A stretch of DNA of 64,000 bases from Octopus sinensis (lineage: Eukaryota): NCBI RefSeq assembly GCF_006345805.1, contig NC_042998.1, forward strand, positions 159,340,001 through 159,404,000. The letters are read 5' to 3'. This document shows positions 53,309-64,000 of this stretch, piece after piece. The position numbers and the translations under genes were made by a program. Within the stretch, counting starts at the first letter, position 1. Every line of letters begins with the position of its first letter. The notes below the pieces were generated by a model. It searched no databases. It was given only the letters and a program-made list of their open reading frames with translations, and was not told where the DNA came from.

Positions 53309-53670
53309 TAGGCGCAGGAGTGACTGTGTGGTAAGAAGCTTGCTTCCCAACCACATGTTTCTGGCTTCAGTTCGTTCCACCGAGTGACATCTTGGGCAAC
53401 TGTCTTCTATTATAGCCTCGGGCCGACCAAAGCCTTGTGAGTAAATTTGGTAGACGGAAACTAAAAGAATACCGCCGTATGTGTCTGTGTGTGTTTGTCC
53501 TTTCACCATCGCTTAACAACCGATGTTGGTGCGTTTACGTCCCTGTAACTTAACGGATAGAATAAGTACTAGGCTTACAAAGAATAAGTCCTGGAGTTGA
53601 TTTGTTCGACTAAAGGCGGTGTTCTGGCATGGCGGTAGTCAAATGACTGAAACAAGTAAAATAACTAAAG
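53309..53670 (+). mobile_element. SINE family B
   Basis: Family B head, core and 3' end. Confidence 0.9.
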
Positions 53671-53687
53671 AACATGTGTGTGTGTGT

Positions 53688-53728
<41 letters not shown>

Positions 53729-53744
53729 CATGCATGCATGTATG

Positions 53745-53900
53745 TACGACAGGTGATTTCAGTTTTCGTCTACCAAATCCATTCATAAGGCTTTGATTGG
53801 CCCACCCAACTATAGTAGAAGAAACTTGCCCAAGGTGCCATGCAGTGGAATTGAATCCGAAACCATGTGGTTAGGAGGTAAACTTCTTACCAAACAGCCA
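53745..53900 (-). mobile_element. SINE family B 5' half, inverted relative to its neighbour
   Basis: Reverse complement of family B head and core. Confidence 0.8.
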
Positions 53901-54479
53901 TGCATATATGTATGTATGTATTATGTATGTATGCATGTATGTATTTATACAACCATACATACAAGAATAAGAAACAGATACATACATACATACATACATA
54001 CATACATACATACATACATACATACATACATACATACATGCATACATGCAGACAGACAGACAGACAGACATAACTATACGCTGTTTGTAATTTATCATTT
54101 TGATTGTATATGTTCACTTCAAAATGTTTGTTTTTGCCAGTGTAAGTAAACATTTTTATATATCTGTTGTCCTTGTGCCAAAGAAATGTTTGTCAGTTTT
54201 ACAGATTTGTGTATGTCATATTCATATATAACAGTATATATAAATATAGTAATAATATTTTGTCATGTTTTGTGGTGTGTGTGTCTTTGCACATTTGTAT
54301 GTGCATAAGCGTGTGCGTGCGTGTGCATGCGTTTGTGTGTACGAGTGTGGGTGTGTTGTATATGGTTGTGTCTGCGTGTATATGCAAACGCAAATAGCTG
54401 TAGTGTGCTTAAACACGTTCTACACATGTAACGTCGATTGCATTTATGTAAATTCACAAATTTATCACCATCATCGTCG

Positions 54480-54517
54480 TCGTCATTGTTGTTGTTGTTG
54501 TTGTTGTGTTGTTGTTG

Positions 54518-54553
<36 letters not shown>

Positions 54554-54565
54554 CGTCGTTGTTGT

Positions 54566-54603
<38 letters not shown>

Positions 54604-54618
54604 TTGTTGTTGTTGTTA
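54480..54618. repeat. (GTT)n/(GCT)n
   Basis: Direct inspection. Confidence 0.95.
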
Positions 54619-55149
54619 TTCCTTTATATTTGTGTTTTAACCGAAAGATAAGAAATCTTCATAAATGATAAATGTTGCTCTCAGCAATTCAAGTATATTG
54701 AAAATTAGTGTGAGAATAGAATAACGTTAGATTACTTGTGTTTGAGACGAGAAGTAGATATTTAGTGGTTTCATAGATAAGTATTAGATAAAGAAAATGC
54801 AGGAGTCGAGAAATGAGAGTAAAGAACAGCTGAATAACGTCAATTTTTTTTTCAACACAGCTAACATCGACTTAATTCTCAATTAATAGATAGAGTAAAA
54901 TGGCTTGTTTTATCGCAAAAACATTCCTGCCAGTTCTAGACACATCCATAAGTCAAAAGTAGAGAAGTAGGTAGATAGCGTCATTGAGGAAGCTAAATTG
55001 AATACAATTAAAATTTTACTATTAACCGATAACAATGTAGCGTCTGTGGCCTCAGAATATATTCCACGAGTAGGGCAGACATAATGCCCTAATGCAGACT
55101 ACTTAGACAATCGATCGTAGAAATATCCATCAGAGACGGTGATTTTAAT

Positions 55150-55495
55150 ATTGGTTTCAAGGCCAGCAAGTTCAGAGAAGGGTGTAAATCGATTATATCG
55201 GCCCCAGTCTTCAACAGGTACTTCTTTTATCGATCCCAAAAATATGAAAGGCAAAGTCGACCTCGGTAGAAATTAAACTCAGAACGTAAACGGTAATTTT
55301 ATTATTGGTTTCAAATTTTGGCACGAAGCCAGCAATTTCGATGGAGAGTGTAAGTTGATTACATCGACCCCAGGGCTCAAGGATGAAAGGTGAAGTCGAG
55401 CCCAGCGGCATTTGAAATCAGAACGTAAAGTCAGAAGGAATGTTGCTAAGTAATTTTCTCCGGTGCGGTAACGATTCAACGATCCTGCCAGCTCA
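55150..55495 (-). mobile_element. Two SINE family A copies (55150-55293 partial, 55303-55495)
   Basis: Reverse complement of family A. Confidence 0.85.
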
Positions 55496-57927
55496 CTGTG
55501 TAATGCTTCATGGTGGCTATACATGGTGGTTATATATGTTGGAGAAATACAAGGGGAGGAGAGAAATGAAGCAAATATAATCTCCCAATACTCATCACTC
55601 ATTATGTACTGCAACCGTCTTTCCTGCTTATTTCAGCTGTTCTCTAAATATGCTTCTGTTGCACCTTTGGGGCCGGTTAACCTTTTTGTAGCTTTGTACT
55701 TAATAGTATACACTTTAGCGGGGAGATAGTTGGAACCTAACCTTAGCGCTAGGTTCTTATATAAAATTATGATGGAAGGGTTAAATTTAGATATGTTTTT
55801 AAAATGAGCTTTTTTGTATCATAGATAGAGAGGCGGGTTATATCAGGTAAATTAATTTGGAAAAGGTTAAAGTTCGCTACTTATGATTGGGAAAGTTTTG
55901 GGGAAGGTATGGAAAGAAGCGGTTAGGTCAGATCTTAAGTAATTGGGTCTCGCAGATAAGATTGCAAGATTAAAGTGAGGGACTCCAGGCTATACAACAC
56001 ACCTATTCAGTCCATTTTAGCAGGCGGTAGGGGGTAACAATATTAAAACAATGGACGACGACTACGACGAAGATGATGACGATGACGATGATGATGACGA
56101 CGATGACAACGACGTTGATGATGATGATATAAAACAGAATAGCAGGAGACTCGCGGCAAACAGCTTTAAAAGTAATGCACTTATCACCTTATTTAGATAA
56201 CATTTCAACTGAAAATACTTTTGGGATTAAATATATTTATTAACATTATTAAATCCATGCTAGATTATGCCACACAATCTTTCATTTCCTTTATTTTATA
56301 AATCTAACATATTACACCTGTGAAATAATAAATCAATAATCGCTGATTCTGTGGTAATTAGAGAGAAATAACAGATACGACAAACCTAGCTCCAATTTCT
56401 TCTTGTGTCTCATTGTTTCGAGCATTGCTTTTGTTTCTTCGTGTGTTTCATGTTGTTTCCTTATAAGTCGCATCTTCTTTCAGCAATTCGAAATCCAACA
56501 ATTTCCACATGGCTGTGAATTTCTTCGTTTGTTTGTCTTGCAATAATTACTTGTTGTATATTTGAAAAGAGTTGATTTCACTCCTTTTCAATTCCTGCGC
56601 TCTTACCCTTTTACTCTCTTGTTCTTCGCCATCCCTTCCTCTTTCACACATCCTCCCATCCTTTCTTATATTTCACTGTCTGCTCGCCTGACTACCTATT
56701 TCGCTTACTGGCTGGCAGCTGGATATTTCTCTCGCTTCAACTTCTTGAACACAATTACTGCCTTTTCCTTCCGTCTTCAAATACCTTGACAGAGAAGGAA
56801 ATTGTAGCATTTATGATGTCGCTAACCAGCTGTCATCTAGTCCCACTGAATTCAATTATGATCATGCCGTTCATTCAACTAGAAGTTATGCTACTGGGAC
56901 TGTCTCAGATGACGAGTTTGCTTTCGAGTTAGTTTAATCGCTAACTGGCTTCTCTTTTGACATCTCATTGGTTATACTTAACTAATCATGCTCGGACGCA
57001 TTTAAGAATCGAACCCTAGAGCCTTTTCTTCGATCGAACAAATTATAAATAGTGGTAGATCTTTCGATTACTGTGAAGCTAAATCCTTTTCTCGCGTCCT
57101 CTCAATCTTCCATACGTTATTCACTTCTCCTTCTCTTATCTTTACACACACACACACATACTGATGAAGCAGCAAAACCTTTACACATTGATTCACACTT
57201 GATGTTTTAATATGACATTTTAACAATGAAATTTTGAACTCTGCCTACACATGCATATTCTATTTATTTTTGTCAAACATATTTTTAACATGTCATTTCA
57301 AAAACACTTTTTCGAATGAACAATTTTATCAGCTAACAGAACTTTTATTTGCCATTTGGAATTTTTATCTGCCACCTCTATTTTTTTTCACTTTTGCTAT
57401 TTCTTACCTGCCACATTTAACTGTTTATATTTCCTGCATTAAATTGTTTTTCAACTTTATTCATGTCTTTGGTCATTCTGATTTAATACCATAACGATCC
57501 TCAACGTTTAGCTAGAAAAACACATCAAAAACAGCAAACAAAAAAAGAAACACGTGACGTGGCCTTTTATAATATTGATTCTCTATAATCAACTCAATGA
57601 TTTACTCACTTTACCATTATATTCCTTTTGTATTTAGGAATCTCCGATTCTTTGTGCAGTTCTATCAGTTCAGTGTTAGAAATGAAATGCAGCACATATT
57701 TATCGCAGTTCGGTAAAGTTGATTTTGATAAATGATAAAAAGAAATTCGGTAATAACAGGGAAAAATCAGCGTGAAGATATTCTCTAAGCTCATGCATTG
57801 CATTCGGTCTCTTCACACTAACGAATATAGGAAAAAATAAGATGAACAGATATACAGCTTAGAGGCTGAGCTAATTTACAAAGCATATCAAAACTGAGAG
57901 AGGGAAATGGACATCAAAACGAGAAAT

Positions 57928-57930
57928 GGC

Positions 57931-57996
<66 letters not shown>

Positions 57997-58135
57997 TGAT
58001 GATGATGATGATGATGATGATGTGATGAAACGACGACGACGAGGATGACGAAGACGATGTTAATGAGTGAGGATGATGACGATGATGATGATGATGACGA
58101 CGACGACGATGCGAGTGGTGATAATGATGATAAGG
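57928..58135. repeat. (GAT)n/(GAC)n
   Basis: Direct inspection. Confidence 0.95.
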
Positions 58136-58389
58136 AAGATGAGAGACATATTTGAATAAAGTCTGTGACGTTTTTGTTACTGTATGATGTTATTGTGTCA
58201 TATCATGGTGTAATTTGCTTATATACAATAATTCTTTCTTTTCTTTTTCTGAGTTGCAAAACTAATTTCGTATGGTAAGATATAGAGGGATGATTTTAGT
58301 ATATTACTGGTATATATTTCATTGATTTAGGGGATATGAAAGACAAAATGAATTTCTGAGATAGAATGAGATATTATTATCAACATCAT

Positions 58390-58712
58390 AGGCGCAGGAG
58401 TGGCTGTGTGGTAAGTAGCTTGCTTACCAACAACATTGTCCCGGGTTCAATCCGACAGTGTGGCACCTTGGGCAAGTGTCTTCTACTATAGCCTCAAGCC
58501 GATCTAAGCCTTGTGAGTGTATTTGGTAGATGGAAACTGAAAGAAGCCCGTCGTATATATGTATATATGTGTGTGTGTGTGTCTTTGTGTGTCTGTGTTT
58601 GTCCCCACAACATCGTTTGACAATCAATGCTGGTGCGTTTACGTCCCCGTAACTTAGCGGCTCGGCAAAAGAGACCGATAGAATAAGTACTAGGCTCACA
58701 ACGAATAAGTCC
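58390..58712 (+). mobile_element. SINE family B, 3'-truncated
   Basis: Family B head and core; ends at the Dong fragment. Confidence 0.9.
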
Positions 58713-58974
58713 CTATTTGCTCCACGTGTTTCTCAAGGTTTATGTTCATACCACTTTTTTGCTCTGTCAAGTCCATATTTGTTGCAAAGTATTCAATGGA
58801 CAATCAGTGCTATATTGTCATAACGTCTCTTATATTCTTTCTGGGCTAGTGGCGTACATTGACTGGTAATATATCATACGTTTTCACCATTTTTTCCAGA
58901 AATTCTGCATTTATCACTTTCTGATATGTTGTCTATTCTGTATTTGATGTAATTGGTTCTTAATGCTTAGTCTG

Positions 58975-58978
<4 letters not shown>
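58712..58978 (-). mobile_element. R4/Dong LINE zinc-knuckle fragment
   Basis: LRTNYIKYRIDNISESDKCRISGKNGENV*YITSQCTPLAQKEYKRRYDNIA..KWYEHKP. Confidence 0.85.
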
Positions 58979-59009
<31 letters not shown>

Positions 59010-59028
59010 CATTATTATTATTATTATT

Positions 59029-59063
<35 letters not shown>

Positions 59064-59064
59064 T

Positions 59065-59096
<32 letters not shown>

Positions 59097-59097
59097 A

Positions 59098-59300
59098 AAG
59101 GCGGCTAGCTGACGGAATCGTTAGCACACCAGGCAAAATGTTTAGCAGCATTTTACCCGTCTTTACGTTCTGAGTTCATATTCCGTCGTTCATTCTTTTC
59201 GAGTTTATAAATTAAATACCAGTGAAGCACTGGGGTCGATGTAATCGACTAGTCCCTATCCACAAAATTTCAGGCCTTGTACCTTTAGTAGAAAGGATTA
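59098..59300 (+). mobile_element. SINE family A
   Basis: Family A with ATT tail. Confidence 0.88.
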
Positions 59301-59313
59301 TTATTATTATTAA

Positions 59314-59344
<31 letters not shown>

Positions 59345-59810
59345 GAGTGAGAGAGCAGTGCATACCATCAAAGTGACACTGGGGTAAAATATACGAAGCC
59401 CAATATACCCATCATGACTACCCGTCTGATAAGGGTACACCAGGCACATGCATCACAACCATATGTGCGCGACATGGTGATCTCATATCAAGATAAACAG
59501 CACATGACCTTGCAGGTGGGGCCCAGTTAGAATTTTCTTCAGGTTGAGTAGCCCATCCCGCTCAAAAGGTCCCTGAATAAGGGTTTTTTAAGGATGTTGA
59601 AAGAACCACCCATGTTTCCAGAGGTGAATTATTCAAACCCCAAAGAATCCCTCTCGACATATGGCTATGATGCTCCCCCACTACTTCTGCTCGTGATAAG
59701 AGATGCACATATCGTCAGCCACTAAGGGACATGCTCAACTGGTTAAGGTCAAACAACTGACAAGCAAATCTGTGGTATTGAGCAGAATATTTGCTGTAGC
59801 CCATCTTTTA
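59345..59810. mobile_element. Unclassified interspersed repeat family F embedded in (ATT)n
   Basis: 466-bp non-coding block with ATT arrays on both sides; partial inverted copy at 44083-44126. Confidence 0.6.
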
Positions 59811-59812
59811 TA

Positions 59813-59849
<37 letters not shown>

Positions 59850-59870
59850 ATTATTATTATTATTATTATT

Positions 59871-60086
59871 AAGGTGGCAAGCCGGCAGAATCGTTAGCAG
59901 GCCTGGCAAAATGCTTAGCAGCATTTCTTCTGGTTTTACATTCTAAGTTCAAATTCCACCTAGGTCAACTTTGTTTTTCGTCCTTTCGGGGTCGATAAAA
60001 TGACCACCAGTCGAGTACTGAGGTCAATATAATCGACTTACCCCCTCCCCCGAACTTGGCGGCCTTCTACCAAAATTTGAAATCAT
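59871..60086 (+). mobile_element. SINE family A followed by (GTA)n (60088-60187)
   Basis: Family A head, body and 3' end. Confidence 0.9.
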
Positions 60087-60188
<102 letters not shown>

Positions 60189-60249
60189 TCTCCGTTGCAC
60201 AATTTGGCTTTTCTGTTTAAAGACCTTAGACAAAAACTACCTTTCACAA

Positions 60250-63200
60250 GTCTTTGGAGCACGCTTATGCCTGTCATGACATCTAACCTTTCCACGTGGT
60301 AGGATGGTGGGGAAAGCTGGTATGACTTACACTTTTGTTGCTGTACATCGCCATATTCTTAATACTCAGCGTCGTTTTTACTTCTTTGATTTGTTTTGCT
60401 GTTTCGCCTGAAGGAATTGAAATATCTCTTACGAGACATTGCCTATTTCTATGTCATGTATAATGATATCTGGTTTGCGATGTTCAGTTTTTCTCTCTAT
60501 CTGAATGTCTCTAGATTCTTTGGCTTATCATGTTCATTTAGAGCAATCATGAGTAAACTGCGGTCTTCAGACTTTCCCAGTGGTACGCCAGACGGAAAAT
60601 TCCCTTGATTCTTTTTTGTAATGTAGTCCGCTTGATAATGACCATTTCTCGTCGGCCCGCTTCTCAAAAATGTTGCCCATGCCACATTTAGAGGGAATTC
60701 TGGTACATAAGTGACTCATTCGTATGAAGAGATATACTTAAATGTTTAACAAAAGGACTAAACTGAAATAGACCATACCATGCCGTCGCTTATATTCTTT
60801 CTAAGCTGATATTTTACAATCTACTCACTGATAACGTAGGCAGATTTTATATGTTGAAGCGGTGCAATAAATATTTTTATGCACTGAATTAGTATTGAGC
60901 ACTTGATCTTAAGCAGCTACCAACAAATTTTCCATTTGTCTCTTTAAATGCCTATTCTGTAGCCACTTACAGGATGATTCATGATTTTTCAACTTCTTGA
61001 TATCGATGTAAAACTGACAATAAAACAGCCTTTTAGCGCTTCCTGTTTTTCATATATTATCTACTTTGATATATATCCTTCTCTTCACTCTCAATAGCAG
61101 TAAGTCATAGTTCTATTACAGCAGGTTTAAGTAGCTCTTCACTTTTTGCAAGTCAAGAATTGTTAATAAGTCTTCTCCCTCCGACCTTCTGTTTCATGTA
61201 TAAATAGCCGAAATTTGCTTTCATGTGAAACACTCTGCAGTTTCCTATTTTACTGTAAATGCATGTTTCATCTTTTGTTCAGTTCACTGTTCCAGCACTA
61301 TAACGCACGACAGCAACTGCCCACAAGTTGATAGCGCTTATCAAATTCCTTGCATTAAGTTTAAACCTCAATGTAAGCTTTAATCTTTTTAGATATATTA
61401 TTTTCACTTTTTCCTTCATTTCTATATCATCAAGTTCCAGTGTGGCGAGGTATTTATAAGCATTGTCACCAGGTTCTAATATCTGTTCTTGCTATATTTA
61501 AGTCACTAACACGCGTTCTCCTTCCTCTTTATAACTAAAGCCACACATCCTACCATACCAAACTCCTTTCCAATACTATTGTAATGCATTTAAGGCGGCT
61601 AGCAGGCAGAGTGGATAGCACGTCAGGTAAAATGCTTAGCAGCATTTCATCCGTCTTTAAGTTCTGAGTACAAATTCCGCCTGGGTCGACTTTGCCTTTT
61701 ATCCTTTCGGGCTCGATAAAATAAGTACCAGTTGAATATTGGGGTCAATGTAATCGACTTAGCCCCTCACCCAAACCTGCTGTCTTTGTGCCAAAATTTG
61801 AAACCAATATCACTACAATAAACTTAAGGCGGCGTGCTGGTAGAACTATTAACACGTCGGGCAAAATACGTAGCGAAATTTCTGTATGTTCCGGGTTCAA
61901 ATTACGCCGACTTCAACTTTGCCTTTTATCCTTTCGAGAGCCGGTAAAATAAGTGCCATTTGAGCACTGGGGTCGATATAATCGACTTACTCCCTCACCG
62001 GAATTGCTGGCCTTGTACCAAAACTTGAAATCCTCCATAGATGATTCGGGGAAAGTTTGTAGCCGATGTTCACTTTTTACAGCTACACTACCCAGTGATT
62101 TTTTGTACACCATCAAATTCGTTTTCCTGTGTGTCAATATCAGTGAGGATATGGATGAGGTTTTACACTATGCTAAACATGCTAAGAAACTCCACAATAC
62201 AAAATAGGGCACCATAATGTAAACCTTTTTAAAGTTGATTCACGCCATGCACAGGTTAGCTTGTCGTCGCAGTTCTTAAATTCTTATCGCTGATAAGATA
62301 ATTTTTGGTATTTTTAAATGTTTTCTGCGCACCTTCCATTCAAACGGTAGTAATTTGCTGTGGACCAAATGTTTGTAGGTTTTTGTTAGTTTAGGTTGGG
62401 TTTTTTAGCATTCGGGTAACTTTTATAACAGATTGAGGCAGGAAATCGGGCAACAATTTTCAAATGAATTTTCTTTCGTTAGATCTTTCATTATTAAAGT
62501 TATGTCTCTTAACCATTCACTCTTGTACACTTCATTGTACTACACATTCGTTTCTGATTTGATTGTATAAAGATTTCAGATATTTCATCCAAAATCCTTG
62601 GATACTGTCAGGTCCGGTGACTTACCAGTTTGATAGTATATTTACCTTCTACATGACATTGTCCCTAAAGTATGGCAGTTCATTTTTGCTACACTAGATC
62701 AGTTTTAATTGCTTGGAACCATCCTACATTTTCATCATGTGTAATCAAAAATCCCCAAATTTCGACTGAAAATTTGATTGCTTCTTCTGCATTTGGTAGT
62801 AACACTTCGATGGTATTTCCTCGAATTTTACAGTAAAGCCGTATCTGATTTGATTAAAACATCTGTGATATTCAAATTCACTTTGTTTTCTCGGTGTAAC
62901 ACTTTATCTTGATTGATTTTTCAAGACCTCTTTGCTTTGTCTATTATATCACTAAAGTAAAATATTTCCTCATAAACGCTGTACTTCCTTTCAAGATAAA
63001 ACTTGTCATGTTTTTTCGTAAATTACTTTTGGTCAAGCTTTTTAATCTTGCTAAGTATTCTTAATCGAGCTATGTTCAGGTCTGCTTTACATGTTTCTGG
63101 GATTGATAAAACAAAGTACCAATCAAGTACCGTAGTAATCTAATCGATTGTCCTCTCCTCTCAAATTTCTGTCTTTATATCGAAAACGATTATTATTTCT

Positions 63201-63900
63201 TGCCCGTGGTGAGCCACATGTCAATCTCCCAAAAGTTTGGTAATCCCTTTAGGACAGAGAAGTTTAGCCTTTTTTAACAATTCTACACGGTACTTTTCTC
63301 AATATTCTTTTACTCTTATTCTACATAATGTTCTGCATCTATATACTAACTCCAACTTCTTTCTTTCCTTTAATTAACTTGCTCCTTTTTCAACTTCCAT
63401 CATTCCGCTGCTTAAACAACCAAACATAATTACTACAAACTTCACTTTGTACCTTAACCACTTCTCATGTAACGTCAAAATTATTTGTACCTTCTCGGTT
63501 TCTCTTGTAGTTTTTCTAGAATTTTGGGGTTTTCTTTTTGTTTTTTGTTTTTTTGAGAGGTCGGATTGTGACGCAGGGAGAGATTCTCACAAGTCTAGAT
63601 TATACGAGTTATGCATATCTACTTTTGGTAAGTAATATCTGAAGTTAGATCTGATATTCTGGCAGTGAATATTTACTCATATGGTATTTAACACCCTTCC
63701 AGTTTATTTTTCTTATTTCCCGTTGTGGTCAGTTCTATCTCACCTGCTTTTATGCTTCACTGAACTTTGTCAAACTACTTCTTGATTTACTCAAGCCACA
63801 ACTAATACCATTAATACCGCTAATACCATTAATAGATATATATTATTATACCTCTTACTATTATAATAATTCCCAGCAGCTATTTTATATCCAGACAGCA
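60250..63900 (-). mobile_element. Long decayed R4/Dong LINE (N-terminus, RT, knuckle, RLE) interrupted by two SINEs
   Basis: GPDSIQGFW (~62600), PISCLNL, NFKKVY.MVP, YKYLA, KLNARNLISAINLWAVAVVRYSAG (~61320), KEYKRRHG, RKPDIII (60459-60479); 5' boundary uncertain. Confidence 0.8.
61592..62032 (+). mobile_element. Two tandem SINE family A copies (61592-61810, 61826-62032)
   Basis: Family A; nested in the Dong remnant. Confidence 0.9.
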
Positions 63901-64000
63901 AATCGTGAGCTTATTCTCGCTTTTCTTTTCATTGCCTGTACAAGTTTGATATCACTTCAATTTCTTGTTTAATTTCTCCCACGCACTTATTTCTATCGTT

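Noticed and set aside
63229-63250. AAAAGTTTGGTAATCCC as partner TIR to the hAT end at 20044
   Set aside because: 43 kb away, no TSD, and within the Dong remnant

Overview
AT-rich, repeat-saturated eukaryotic non-coding DNA with no intact host gene. The SINE families, extreme microsatellite density and a decayed C2H2 zinc-finger array fit a coleoid cephalopod (Octopus-like) genome; this is inference, not a database match. Nearly all supplied ORFs are microsatellite artefacts. Contents: more than 30 tRNA-derived SINE copies (at least 4 families); six decayed R4/Dong RLE-LINE remnants; one CRE-clade, one Tx1/L1-like and one bipartite RTE element; five Penelope-like (PLE) remnants; mariner, Merlin-like, hAT-like and Helentron-like non-autonomous DNA elements; and three long palindromes. 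Highlights: (1) three type-I hammerhead ribozyme folds, each with a different self-complementary helix III and a long helix II insert, plus degenerate ones; (2) a TSD-flanked 307-bp unit joining a tRNA-like Pol III head, (AAT)n and a hammerhead core (candidate PLE-mobilised SINE); (3) a 706-bp inversion shown by swapped, reverse-complemented 8-bp TSDs at Merlin-like ends; (4) a decayed C2H2-ZNF with a GC-rich multi-hairpin leader; (5) LINE insertions within, and microsatellites born from, TE sequence. All alignments and translations were done by eye, and repeat boundaries are approximate unless TIR/TSD positions are given.
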